DNA of 64,000 nucleotides from Eledone cirrhosa (lineage: Eukaryota): positions 99,200,001 to 99,264,000 of the forward strand of contig OZ024745.1 in NCBI GenBank assembly GCA_964016885.1. The letters are read 5' to 3'. Of the stretch, positions 36,670 through 50,959 are shown piece by piece. Numbering within the stretch: the first letter of the stretch is position 1; each line of letters opens with the position of its first letter. Both the position numbers and the translations under genes were made by a program. Under the pieces are notes generated by a model. The model searched no databases, had not been told where the DNA came from, and worked only from the letters and a program-made list of their open reading frames with translations.

Positions 36670-39610
36670 CCACCCATCAGTCATCCCCCATGCGCATCAC
36701 ATGTCCATACCACCGCAGTCTCCTCTTCTCTCGCACACTACATTCTATCCCTCTCAGACACAGTTTCTCTCTCAACATATCCATGCTGGGTCATTCACAC
36801 ACATTGACATTGCACATCCAATGGAGCATGCTTGCCTCATTTCTCTCCAGCCGTCGCATATCCTCTGCAGTTGCTGCCCATGTCTCACTACCATGCAGCA
36901 TCGCGCTCCTCACACAGGCATCATATAACTGGCCTTTCGTACGCAGGGAGAAACCCTTTTTCGTCAGCAGAGGAAGCAGCTCTCTAAACTTCTTCCAGCC
37001 TGTCCTTATTCTAGATACTATGGCCTCGGAACACCCCGCTCCCATGCTAATCTGATCTCCTAGGTACCGGAAGCTATCAACCACTTCTATAGCACCCACC
37101 TGCATTTGAAAAATGTGTCTATCAATGCAACTTCTACTCTCTAATTTCTCTGTACATCTACTGCATACGTATTTCTCCCTACCTATTATTTTGCCTGCTA
37201 TCCCGCTACACCTCTTGTGTACCCAGGATCTGCATTGTGTGCATTTTATAGAATTTATGCCAGTTCCTTTTCTGCATATCGATCATGGCCATTTCCCTGA
37301 CGGAATCAGAGTTTTGTCCTCTTTTCTACTCATCAACACTTTTGTCTTAGCTAGGTTCACTCTCAGTCCTCTTGATTCCAACTGCTGTTTCCATAGCCAG
37401 AATTTATAGCTCCTCTACTGATTCTGCTATAAGAACCAGATCGTGAGCATAGAGAAGTTCCCATGGACAGCTAGTCTTAAACTCCTCTGTTATGGCTTGG
37501 AGGACTATAATGAACAAGTGCGAGCTGAGGACCGAACCTTGATGTACTGCTACTTGTATCTGGAATTCCTCACCTCACCTCTCTTGTAATTGTCTCACCA
37601 AGAAGAGGGCATCTGTTGTACTTTTCCCAGGCGCAAAACCAAACTGCATCTCATCTAGTTTGACCCTTTCTCTAATTAGTTGCGCTAATATCCTTTCTGC
37701 CACTTTCATAACCTGATCCGTCAGTTTTATACCCCTATAATTGCTCCTCTCCAGAGCATCCCCTTTATCTTTGTAGCAATTTATGAGAATACTGCTGCAC
37801 CAGTCTTTGGGTATGACACCGCCATATATAGCTTGATTGATGATGCATGCAACCAGTTTAGTGCCTATGTCCTCTGATGCCTTCAGCATCTCAGCAACTA
37901 ACCCCGACGGTCCAGCGGCCTTACCATTTTTCATTTCCTTATTCGCCTCTTGGACCCTATATTCGTCAATCTCAATAGCTGGCCTCTCTGTCGGATCTAC
38001 TGAGGGTAATTTCTCTCTCTACCATTCGTTCTCCACATTCATCAGGCCTCCTTTTTCTGATCATTCGTGACACTAAGTACACTGGCATCATTCCGGACAC
38101 ATTTATCTCCAACAACATCATGATTTGCATTGACACACTGCCTTGCAATGTGGAACACCGCACGTCTCTGATCTTCCCATCGCAGAACATTGGCAAACCT
38201 CCTACTCTCAGCCTCCCTATGTGCTAAGTACACCTGACGTCTAGCTTCTCTCTTAGCGGCTGTATATCCTTCTCTACTCCCACCCTTTTTCCAAGCCTTC
38301 CATGCTAGTCTTTTGTCTCTAACGGCCCTATCTACCGTGCTGTTCCACCACCAGGTCACTCTCTGTTTGGTTGGAGCTCTGCTCCAGCCACAAGTTTCAT
38401 CAGTAGCCTGCAGTAAGTTGTCACGTAAGAAACTCCAGTTATCATCTATGTCATAGAATTCTAAATATCGTCTTCTTTTTCGTCATACACATCTTGAAGG
38501 GCTTTCCTAAATTTGTATTTTAGTGAAAGTTCTTTTAGCTTCCAGACCTTTCTTCTCCACACCTTCCTGTATGTCTCATTCCGTCTCTTGCTTACTGAGA
38601 TATCATTAACGACTAACTTATGCTGTGGGGTACATTCTTCCCCAGGGTATGCCTTGGTATTTGGCACCATCTGCCTGTCCTGCTGCCTAACTAGTAAGAA
38701 GTCAATCTGGCTTATGTGCTTGCCTGATTTGTAGGTTATTAGGTGGGTGGCAGGTTTCTGGAAGTTAGTGTTGCAAATGGTCAGTGTACTTGCATCACAA
38801 AATTCAAGAAGTCTCACTCCTTCATTTCTTGAGCCGTAACCGTGTCCACCATGTACCCCAGTGTAACCATCCTGGAGCTGTCCAACATGACCATTGAAGT
38901 CCCCTGCTAGCATAACGATGTCTCCATCCTCTGTCATTGCGGCTGTTTGTAAAAGTTGCTCGTAAAAGCAGTCTTTCTCTTCTTTACCTAGGCCTGCTTG
39001 GGGAGCATAGGCAGAGATGATTGTCAGTAGTCTCCTGCCTACATCTAATCTAAGCTTAATTATTCTAATACTAACTCTAACTACCTCTATTGTCTTATCG
39101 ATCCCTCTTTCAGCCAGGAAAATGCTTACTCCCCCTAACCCATCATCCTTACCTACCCAGAAAAGCTTATAACTAAGATGTTTGCCTGCCATTAGTCTCG
39201 CAGAGGCACCTCTCCATCTCACCTCTTGCATGCAGCACACATCCACATGCCTTCTCTCCAGCATCTCCGCTATTTCACCAGATCTACCTGTGAGAGTGCC
39301 AACATTAAGTGTTGCAACTCTGAGATGCGACGTCTTCATATTTTTGTTGTATCTTTTCCTGTAGTGCGATTGCTTGAAGACGGTCGGGGGGTTCTCTCAC
39401 ATGGCCGCACCAGCCACCCCACTACCGTGCGCATCCCTAACATGGTTAGTGCTATTGCTGTTTATGCAGTTATTGCGATATATATTTGTTGTTGTGCTCA
39501 TAATTGTTTTGGCATTAATACACTGGTTGGATGCCCTTTCTAACACCAGTGCCACTTTACAGCATGGACTGGATGCTTTTATTCGTGCCACCAGCACTAG
39601 AGAGAATGTC
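36670..39610 (-). mobile_element. RTE family B LINE, nearly full-length but disrupted (APE endonuclease, RT, PHD)
   Basis: ORF 38461-39339 VATLNVGTL, MQEVRW, SAYAPQ, AGDFNGHVG, SQIDF, PQHKLV; RT pieces 37575-37934 and 36791-37105; stops, frameshifts and a deletion. Confidence 0.93.
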
Positions 39611-40255
39611 TTACTGGACTCATGAGCCCTCTCTACCCCTCTATTTTACAGCATGGTCATAACAATAATAACAATAACAATAACACTATTAATAGTTATT
39701 AATTAATGCAATCGTGCAATGCCTGTGCGTGAAGAATATTTTTAAAATGAAGAAAGACTGTGCACTGAGCCAATCCCACTCTCTGAGTGACAGTAGCTAT
39801 AACCCGAAAAGAAGAAAAGATCAACATCATTGGTAACTACTGAGCCGCAGGTTTTATGTCGGAGTTATCCCAGTTTCCTGAGATGCCTTCTCCTAGAAGA
39901 ATGCTTTGACAAGGGCTAGGGGTCCTTCACTCCCAGTGGTTTAATTGCATGATCGGGTATCCAGCCCGATTATTTCTATGTCCCCGCACAAAGAAAAAAA
40001 AAATCACTTATTGACACTCATACGTATGGCACACACACACATTCACTCACACCCTAACACTCATGCATACAAACACACACACCACTCACACACGCACTCA
40101 CTCACACACCAACACTCATGCATACAAACACAAACACACACACATACATATATTACTGTCATTACTAATACAAGATCATGTCAACTGTTGACTTTAGAAG
40201 GAGCCCATATAATTGAATATATATATATATATATATATTATTTATTATTGCCCTA

Positions 40256-41572
40256 TAACAGAGGAGTTCAAGACCGGCTGCCCATGGGAACTCCTATATG
40301 CAGATGATCTAACGCTGAACTAGAGAAGAAATTCGAAACATGGAAGCATGGCCTAGAATCAAAAGGCCTTAAAGTTAACTTGTCTAAGACTAAAGTTCTA
40401 GTTTGTAGAAAGGAAAATAGGGCACAGGTGCCCTCAGGGAAATGGCCATGCTCAGTGTGTAGGAAAGGAGTAGGCAGAAATTCCATTTTATGTCCCAAAT
40501 GCAAAGTATGGGTACATAAAAGATGTAGTGGGATCACAGGTAAACTATCTAAGAACGTAGACTTTATATGTGGCCGATGCTCAGGTGCAATAAGTAGCGA
40601 GTTTCCAAAGGATACTAGCTCCTTCTATTGCCCAGATGGTTCTATAGAAATAGTAGACACTTTCCGTTACCTGGGTGATGAAATCAGCAGTAGCCAGAGT
40701 CAGAACAGGATGGAAAAGTTCAGAGAGCTTATACCGCTGTTGGCCACAAAAGGTTTCTCTCTAAAAATGAAAGGCAGATTGTATGATGCTTGTATACGAA
40801 CAGCAATGCTACATGGCAGTGAGACATGGGCATTACGTGCAGAGGACCTGCGTAGACTGGAAAGGAACGAAGCATGCATGCTCCATTGGATGTGTAACAG
40901 TAATATATGTGAACGGCAAAGCATAAATGAACTAAGTGAGAAATTAGGAATAAGAGGGATCAGATGCTGTTTACTTGAGAGAAGACTACGTTGGTATGGT
41001 CACGTGATGCGCATGAAAGACGACAGCTGCATAAAAATGTGTAGGGCGATCAAAATTGATGGTAGTTACGGAGTAGGTAGACCCAGAAAAACCTGGGATG
41101 ATCTGATAAATTCTGACCTCACACACTTACATCTCTCTAAGACAATGTCTCTGGACCGAGATCTTTGGTGCTAGGCAGTAATACAGAAGACCCGCCTTGC
41201 CTATGTACAAAGCAAAACCTACAGTCAGTAGGTACCTCTTAACCAAATATACACCCCAATCCCCTACCCCTACCCTATCCTCCCACTCCCACCAACAGCA
41301 CGATAAAATGAGATCGAGATCGTGTAGGTGTCATGACAAAAAACACACACAGTCCACGCTATAATGTGGCCGTGTAGGTAACACGGTAAAAACTTCCCAG
41401 TTCCACACTGTAAATGTGGTTGGTGTTAGGAAGGGCATCCAGCCATAGAAAACCTGCCAGATAGTCCTATATAAGCGAGACACGGTCACCCGACCAGCCT
41501 TGCCTCAAGTGGGAGCACTCCCATCTAACCCATCTAGCATGGAAAATGGATGTTAAACGAAGATGATGATGA
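40256..41572 (+). mobile_element. RTE family A-related LINE 3' fragment
   Basis: GCPWELLYADDL, PHD finger and C-terminus with small deletions; UTR and (GAT)n tail. Confidence 0.92.
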
Positions 41573-42960
41573 TATATATATATAAATACACACACACACA
41601 TAAGTGTAAGAAACTAATAATATATATATATATATATGTCAACATAATTACTTGTAAGCTATGAGTTTATCTTTATAATTTTAGTAGGAACAGTATTAAT
41701 TTGATTTTTTTCTCAAAGCTAAGTATGAATACAATTTTGTAGACTTTAGAGAGGTGTAAAGCAGAGATGATATCTCGTTAGAATTCAAAACAATATTTCT
41801 GCCAACTGGAGACAGTAAAACATTTTTGTCTGCTCTACTATTGACTTGGTCATCTCTACTACCCATAATATTGCTAGAATATAGATCCTATCTCTATACC
41901 CTTTCTATCCATTGAAAATGCCCAACACCCATTTACAATTTAGATTTATCCTTATCAATTCTACATTACTCAACAAAAATGAATGTAACCATGAATATAT
42001 TTCACAAAGCTATCTCTGCTGTTATCATGGATCTATTTATGCAATTATGTGACTATATGATAAATATCAATATAGAAATAATGATCCCTTGGTACTTGTG
42101 AAAGCTACATCAGGGGAAAATGATTGTATGCATATGCTAGCAAAAATATCTCTGTTGGTAACTGGTTTATTGATCCAGTATATCATCTGTAGAAACAAAC
42201 AGACATCATAAATGTAGATCTCTGGATAAGATGTTGCAGTCTACTCGAGTAATATATCTTTCAAGTAATGGCTGCATGTCTTGTTTTGGAGAAATACTTT
42301 GGCAAAGATGGGAGCCCCTTTATCTTCCATGCTTCAGCATTGCTGACAGGATCAAAGGCCTTAAGTGGGTTACATTGGGAGTTGCATTTAGCTACCAGAT
42401 TGAAAGTATTACTAATGTAATTAAAAATATATTTATAGTGAATAAGGATTTTTTTTACATCAGCATAAACCTATAATTAGACGACAAAGGGAATAGTTAA
42501 TTGAACTGACACCATTGAATGACTGGTATGTATTTCATTTGCTCCAGAGTAATAAAAAGCAAAGATGATCTCAGTGGGATCTGAACTGAGGATGCCAAGA
42601 CAATGAGCTAAATATTAGTAAGTATTTAAGTAAGTATTTTTCCACTGTACCCACTTTTTCATTTAGAGTTAATCATCTGGGGGTGAAGAGCATTGAACTT
42701 GCAGAAGTAGTAAAGGGCAGAGCAAAATGTTTTACAATATTTAGTTTTGTCCTTCTAAGTACTAAGTTCAAAACTGATCATATCAATCCCTGAGGGGTTG
42801 ATAAAATAAAGAACAAATATGTAATGGTGTTGATTCATTCAATCATAACAAGCGCTTAAACATTTTTAGCCTTGTTCTAATGTAAAGAAATAAATAATAT
42901 TAATACAAAGAAATAATGATAATAATAAGAAGGTTATGACTATAGGTTGTCATGTGTTAA

Positions 42961-43181
42961 CCCTTTAGCATTTACATTACCCTATATATACTATTATATT
43001 TCTGCAATAAAAGCTCTACCTGACATAATTATCTCACATCATATCAAATCTATGATATTTTGATGTTATCTATTTTGAGAACAATAGCTCAACATCAGTA
43101 TGAGTGGCTGGTTACGGCCGATTTGAACCGAAAGAGGTGAGAGAATTTTGGCCGGATATGGCTGGTTTAAATGCTAAAGGG
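42961..43181 (+). mobile_element. piggyBac-type MITE
   Basis: Perfect TIRs CCCTTTAGCATTTA and TTAA TSD. Confidence 0.88.
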
Positions 43182-43344
43182 TTAAAGTCTACATCGTTAA
43201 GAGTCCAAATCTTTCACCTGACAGCACTCCAAGCTCTACAAAATAACTACTTGTCATATAATAGTTAAAAAACTAACTAATACTACTGATTAATTATACA
43301 CTAATAACACTGACACTTCTATACTAAAACTTATAATTAATTAG

Positions 43345-45718
43345 TGGAGTCTATGCCAGAAATCTTAGAGGGGAAGATTTAGTGTTCTATACTGAATGAG
43401 TGAGTCTATGTCAGCATTCTCAGAGGGGGAGATTTAGTCTTCTATACTGGATGAGTCAATGTCAGCAGTCTTAGAGGGGAAGATTTAGTGTTCTATACTG
43501 GATGGGTCTATGTCAGCAGTCTTAGAGGGGAAGATTTAGTGTTCTATACTGGATGAGTCTATGTCAGCAGTCTTAGAGGGGAAGATTTAGTGTTCTATAC
43601 TGGATGGGTCTATGTCACCAGTCAGAGAGGGGAAGATTTAGTCTTCTATATTGGATGAGTCTATATTAGCAGTCTTAGAGGGGAAGATTTAGTGTTCTAT
43701 ACTGGATGAGTCTATGTCAGCAGTCTTAGAGGGGAAGATTTAGTGTTCTATACTGGATGAGTCTAGATCAGCAGTCAGAGAGGGGAAGATTTAGTCTTCT
43801 ATACTGGATGAGTCTATATTAGCAGTCTTAGAGGGGAAGATTTAGTCTTCTATATTGGATGAGTCTATATTAGCAGTCTTAGAGGGGAAGATTTAGTCTT
43901 CTATACTGGATGGGTCTATGTCAGCAGTCAGAGAGGGGAAGATTTAGTCTTCTATATTGGATGAGTCTATATTAGCAGTCTTAGAGGGGAAGATTTAGTC
44001 TTCTATATTGGATGGGTCTATGTCAGCAGTCTCAAGGGGGAAGAATTAGTCTTCTATATTGGATGAGTCTATATTAGCAGTCTTAGAGGGGAAGATTTAG
44101 TCTTCTATACTGGATGGGTCTATGTCAGCAGTCTCAGAGGGGAAGATTTAGTCTTCTATACTGGATGGGTCTATGTCAGCAGTCTCAAGGGGGAAGAATT
44201 AGTCTTCTATACTGGATGGGTCTATGTCAGCAGTCTCAGAGGGGAAGATTTAGTCTTCTATACTGGATGAGTCTATGTTAGCAGTCTCAGAGGGGAAGAA
44301 TTAGTCTTCTATACTGGATGGGTCTATGTCAGCAGTCTCAAGGGGGGAGAATTAGTCTTCTATACTGGATGAGTCTATATTAGCAGTCTTAGAGGGGAAG
44401 ATTTAGTCTTCTATACTGGATGGGTCTATGTCAGCAGTCTCAAGGGGGGAAGATTTAGTCTTCTATACTGGATGGGTCTATATTAGCAGTCTTAGAGGGG
44501 AAGATTTAGTCTTCTATACTGGATGGGTCTATGTCAGCAGTCTCAAGGGGGAAGAATTAGTCTTCTATACTGGATGGGTCTATGTCAGCAGTCTCAAGGG
44601 GGAAAATTTAGTCTTCTATACTGGATGGGTCTATGTCAGTAGTCTCAGAGGGGAAGATTTAGTCTTCTATACTGGATGGGTCTATGTCAGCAGTCTCAAG
44701 GGGGAAGAATTAGTCTTCTATACTGGATGGGTCTATGTCAGCAGTCTCAGAGGGGAAGAATTAGTCTTCTATACTGGATGGGTCTATGTCAGCAGTCTCA
44801 AGGGGGAAGAATTAGTCTTCTATATTGGATGGGTCTATATCAACAGTCTCAGAGGGGAAGAATTAGTCTTCTATACTGGATGAGTCTATATTAGCAGTCA
44901 GAGAGGGGAAGATTTAGTCTTCTATACTGGATGAGTCTAGATCAGCAGTCAGAGAGGGGAAGATTTAGTCTTCTATACTGGATGAGTCTAGATCAGCAGT
45001 CAGAGAGGGGAAGATTTAGTGTTCTATACTGGATGAGTCTAGATCAGCAGTCAGAGAAGGGAAGATTTAGTCTTCTATACTGGATGAGTCTAGATCAGCA
45101 GTCAGAGAGGGGAAGATTTAGTCTTCTATACTGGATGAGTCTAGATCAGCAGTCAGAGAGGGGAAGATTTAGTCTTCTATACTGGATGAGTCTAGATCAG
45201 CAGTCAGAGAGGGGAAGATTTAGTCTTCTATACTGGATGAGTCTAGATCAGCAGTCAGAGAGGGGAAGATTTAGTCTTCTATACTGGATGAGTCTAGATC
45301 AGCAGTCAGAGAGGGGAAGATTTAGTCTTCTATACTGGATGAGTCTAGATCAGCAGTCAGAGAGGGGAAGATTTAGTCTTCTATACTGGATGAGTCTAGA
45401 TCAGCAGTCAGAGAAGGGAAGATTTAGTCTTCTATACTGGATGAGTCTAGATCAGCAGTCAGAGAGGGGAAGATTTAGTCTTCTATACTGGATGAGTCTA
45501 GATCAGCAGTCAGAGAGGGGAAGATTTAGTCTTCTATACTGGATGAGTCTAGATCAGCAGTCAGAGAAGGGAAGATTTAGTGTTCTATACTGGATGAGTC
45601 TAGATCAGCAGTCAGAGAGGGGAAGATTTAGTGTTCTATACTGGATGAGTCTAGATCAGCAGTCAGAGAGGGGAAGATTTAGTCTTCTATACTGGATGGG
45701 TCTATATCAACAGTCTCA
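43345..45718. repeat. Minisatellite, 51 bp unit ATGAGTCTAGATCAGCAGTCAGAGAGGGGAAGATTTAGTCTTCTATACTGG, about 46 units
   Basis: Directly visible; variant units form blocks. Confidence 0.98.
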
Positions 45719-45892
45719 AACAGCCAGAACAATGAAAAATATGCAAATTCCTTTACGAAATCAAGATAAGATAAAAAAGAAAGAAACCATCTGAAATATT
45801 TATAAAGTTTAATCTGTTAAACTTAATCTTATGTGGAAACATTTTTGCATCAGATTTTTTTTTCCATACAGAGAATAACATGGCATTTAATT

Positions 45893-46745
45893 ATATCATC
45901 ATCATCATCACCATGATAGTCATTACAATCCTTCTCCTCCTCATCATCATCATTATCATAATCATCATCATCATCATCATCATCACCACTATCATCACCA
46001 TCATCATCATAATCATCATCATCATCACCACTATCACCACCACCACCACCACCATCATAGTCATCACCATCATCACCATCATCATCATCATCATCATCAT
46101 CATCACTGTCACAGTCATTATCAGCATCACCACCACCACCACCACCACCACCACCATCATCATAATCACCATCATCATCCTCACCACCACCACCACCACC
46201 ACCACCATCATAATCATCATTACCACCACCACCACCACCACCACCACCACCACCACCACCACCACCACCACCACCACCACCACCATCATCACCATCATCA
46301 CCATCATCACCATCACAACCATTATCATCATCATTATCATCTTCAGCCACCCCCTTCCTCCTCCTCCTCCTCCTCCTCCTCCTCCTCCTCATCATCATCA
46401 TCATCATCATCATCATCAGCCCTTCCTCCTCATCACCATCACCATTGTCATCCTCATCATCACCATCACCATCATCCTCATCACCCCCACCACCGCCATC
46501 ATCATCATCATCATCATCCTCATCAGCAGCAGCAGCAGCACCAACACCACCACCACCACCATCATCATCACCATCATCACCATCACAACCACTATCACCC
46601 TCATTATCACCATCATCAGCACCATCCTCCTCATCATCATCATCACCATCACCATCACCATCATCATCCCCACCACCCCCACCGCCGCCATCATCACCAT
46701 CATCATCATCATTATCATCAGCATTGTCCTTGTCATCCTCATAGC
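45893..46745. repeat. (CAT)n/(CAC)n/(CCT)n microsatellite field
   Basis: Low complexity. Confidence 0.95.
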
Positions 46746-47617
46746 AACATAGCACCCCATGACACTGACGGGGGTTTAACTGATCTGCAACATAACATAC
46801 CTGATTTATTTTAATCTCAGGTTTTATAGCAACATTTCTTTCTTGATCTCCATTAGTATAACTATCTCCTCCACTTTTAAACCAATATATATCACCTCTT
46901 AGTGTTGTTATTATAGGTGGAAGTGTTTTTGTTTAGTCTACACCCAGGCTTTATTGAGTAGACATATCACAGAAGATGTTCCAGCCATGGCTATCCATTA
47001 ATAATTAATGAGACTTATTGGTTTCAAAGGAGAAGCATATGGACTTTGTGTGACATTCTTAAATATATTTGCAATGTAAAGGAGGGAATAACCCCTCCTC
47101 CTCTAGCATCACCTCTATACCTGCTGCCCCTCACTACCACCTCCAATATTGCCATTATCAACACCATCACCAAGCACACACCCATCCACACACAAACACC
47201 AATATCCTCACCACTACAACCACCAAACACCCATCCACACACAAACACCAATATCCTCACCACTACAACCACCAAACACCCACCCACCCACATACACACC
47301 AACACCATCACCCATCACCAACGCCCTTATTCACCACCACCACCACCAACAACAACACAATATGCTTATGTACAAATGTAATCTCTTTTTACTATAAGAC
47401 CAGTTCATAATGTGTCATTAATTATACACATATAAAATGTACATTTGCTACTCTTAATATTTCATTGGTAATCTTTGCTGATATTTGCTTTTGTGTACTG
47501 AATGTAAAGATGGCAAATTGGCAGAGTTGTTAGAATGCTGGCTAGAATGCTTTCTGTTATTTGTTCTAGCTCTCTGAGTTCAAATCTTACCATGGTCAAC
47601 TTTGCCTTTCATCTTTT

Positions 47618-50600
47618 TCATCATCATCGTATTATATCCATTTTTTCACGCTTGCATGGATTAGATGGGTTCTTCTTAGCACAGCATTTCTTCACTCACT
47701 GCATTTCTTCATCATCTCCTCTGTGAAAGTTTCAGTGACTTGAGGTCAGCTCGCACCACCTCTGCCCAGGTTGTTCTTGGTCTACCTCTACTTCAACTTC
47801 CTTCCACTGGCATTTTTTTGCACATCTTCAACCATCACTCATCATCCATGTGCTTCACATGTCCATACCAACACAGTCATCTCTCCAGCACAACACCTCA
47901 GATACCTCCCAAACACAGCCCCCCCCCCCCCCCCCCAGTTCATCCAAGCTCAGCCTTTCTCTCACACTTACATTTCATATCCAATGAAGCTGGCTATTTC
48001 ATTTCTTTCCAGTCTATGTATGTCCTCTGCAGTCACTGCCCATGTTTCACTACCATGCAGCATCACACTTCACACACAGGCCTCATACAGTTGTCTTTTT
48101 TTACATAGGGAGAAACTTTTTGTTGTCAACAGAGGGAGTAGCTCTCTAAACTTCTTCCATCTTATCCTTCTTCTAGCTATTATGCTCTCAGAGCACACTC
48201 CTCCGCTGTTAATTAAGTCACCTAGATATCAGAAGCTATCAACCACTTGAAGAGATTTATATCACTGACGCTCATCCCCTTGATTACTCCTGTGCATCTT
48301 CTACATACAAAGTTTTCCTTTCCTGTTAGTCTACCCATTATCCCACTACATCTCTTGTGTACACTGTATGGAGTTTAAGCCTTTTCCTTTTCTACATATG
48401 GAGCAAGGCCACTTCCTTGAAGGGATCAAGGTCTTATCTTCTTTCCTACTCACTAGCACTTTAGTTTTGGCTAAATTCACTCTCAGACCTTTTGATTCCA
48501 AATTCCGTTTCCATAGTCAGAACTTATTATTTAGTTCTTTTATGGATTCGGTTATAAAGACCAAATCATAGAAGTTCCCATAGACAGCCAGTTTTAAACT
48601 CCTCTGTTATGGCCTGGAGGACTATGATGAACAGCAGTAGGCTAATAACCAAACCTTGATGAATGCCTACCTGTATATTGATTCCCTCACTAAACCTACT
48701 TCCTACTCTCACTTTACTGGCAGTTCCCCAGTATATGGCTTGCACTGCTCTCAGAAACCATTCTTCTACACCTAATTTCCTTAAGGAACACCAGATAATG
48801 GGTCAAGGTACTCTGTCAAAGGCCTTTTCTAGATCAACAAAAGCTAAATATAGTGGGTTATTCTTGGTTAGAGTCTCCTGTAGTTACCCCACAAAAAAAA
48901 AAGAGGGCATCAGTAGTGCTTTCCCCAGGCATGAAAACAAACTGTGTTTCATCTAATTCGACTCTTTCTCTAATTAGCTGCGCTTTAATTCTTTCTGTCA
49001 CTTAGGTCCATTAGTTTTATACCTCTGCAGTTGCTCCTTTCTAGAGCATTTCCTTTACCCTTGTAGCAATTTATGATTGTACTGCTGCGCTAGTCATTGG
49101 GTATGGCTCCGTCCTGTATTACCTGACTGACTATGCTGGTTATGAGTTTGACTCTTACTTCTCCCGATGCTTTAACATCTTAGTAACTATCTCTGATGGC
49201 CCCACAGTTTTACCATTACTCATCTTTTTGATTGCTTCTTTGACCCTATGACTGTCAACTTCAATAGCTGGTCCTTCTGTTGGGTAAGTTGGGGTAGTTT
49301 CTCTGCCTCCCATTCATTCTCTACATTCATACATCTCTCATAGTAATATTTCCAGGCTTCTTTCTTTTGGGAATCGGTGGGGCTAAGTGTACTAGTGTCA
49401 TTTCTAACACATTTTCCCTCAACAACATCTCAATTTACATTAACTCACTGCCTTGTATATCTGTCATCTAGCTTCTCTCTTAACTACCTGATACTGGTCT
49501 CTTCTACCCCTAATTTTTTCCAGTCTTTCCATGCCTATCTCTTGGCTTTAATGGCTCTGTCCACTGTGCTGTTCTATCATCAGGTCACCTCTATTTGGCT
49601 GGTGCTTTACTCCAGCCACAAGTCTCATCAGTAGTTTGCAAAAGGTTGTCACATAGGTATTTTCACTTGTCCTCTATGTTATATCTAACTAGTTCATCAC
49701 CCCTCTCATCTACTGCATCCTGTAAGGCCTTTCTAAATCTATATTTAACTGAAAGGTCTTTTAGCTTCCAAACAAATCCATCTCCATATTTTCCATTGTA
49801 TCTTGTTCTGTCTTGTGCTTATTTTGATGTTGCTAATAACTAACTTGTGTGGGTCAGTGCATTCTTTCCCAGAGTAGGCCTTAGTATTTATTACAGTCTG
49901 TTTATCTCATTGTCTTATGAGTAAGAAATCAATTTGGCTTGTGTTCACCTGCTTGATATGAAATCAGGTGGCTGGCTGGTTTCATGAAATTTGTGTTGTA
50001 GATGGTTTGTTCATTTGTGTCACAGAATTCCAGGAGCCTCAATCCCTTTTCATTTCTTGAGCCATAATCATAGCTGCCGTAGACTCCACTGAATTCATCC
50101 TGGTACTGCCCCACATGTCCATTGAAGTCACCTGCAAGAATGACAATATCTCTTTCATCAGCCCCTTAAATTATGTGTAAAAGTTCCTCATAGAATCTGT
50201 CCTTTTAGTCTTTACTTAGCCCTGCCTGTGGAGCATAGATAGCTGTAATTGTCACCATTCTATTTTCTACAGTTAATCTAAGCTTGATGATTCTGTCACT
50301 TACTCTAACTACCTCTATCACCTTATCTACCCACTTCTCAGCTAGTAAGATGCCTACACCTCCTACCCAATTGTCATTTCCTACCCAGTAAAGTTTATAT
50401 CTCTGTCGTTTGCCTAAGATTAGTCGCCCTAAGGACCCCCCCCCCCCATCTCATTTCTTGTACACAACATACATCTACTTCTCTTCTCTCTAACAGTTCC
50501 ACAATTTCACCTGATTTACCTTTCAGGTTGCCAACAATGAGGTTGGCAATTCTGAGATTTGTACTTGACAGTTGCTGTTATTTCCTTGGGTAGAGGTTCT

Positions 50601-50700
50601 GTGTACCTGAAAAAGAAAGAAGCTGTGCAATTGCTTGACGGCAGCTTAGGGGTTCCTGCTAATGGTTACTCTAGCCACTCCACTACCATGTACAATAGAT
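47618..50700 (-). mobile_element. Old near-full-length RTE LINE (family B-related), heavily degenerate
   Basis: Recognisable endonuclease (AGDFNGHVG, GSRNEKGLRLLEFCD), RT and C-terminal segments with many lesions; 3' end with CAT tail near 47620. Confidence 0.88.
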
Positions 50701-50959
50701 GGGTTGCTTTCAGAATGGCTTGTGAAGTCCACATCTTTTCCGACCTTGGTGATGTAGCAGGGTGGGTGAAGAAAGCAACAGATAGAATGGTTGAGGAAAT
50801 GTAAGGTAATATCATCTAAAACAGCTAACCAGAAGGTAGTGGATAGGGATGGATGGGATGCGGAGTCGAATGAACCATGAGCAGGGTTTTACTTCAGGAG
50901 AGACAGGACAGGTGTCCATGGTGATGTTTGCTTATTTTGGATAAATCAAGGCCAGGGAT

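Noticed and set aside
42090-42480. Unique-looking stretch as a possible exon
   Set aside because: No convincing open frame with splice sites and no recognisable peptide
43345-45794. Possible hammerhead (CTGGATGAG) or a 17-aa repeat protein in the 51 bp satellite
   Set aside because: Core is not CUGANGA and there is no GAAA; the ORF reflects a unit length divisible by 3, and other variants contain stops
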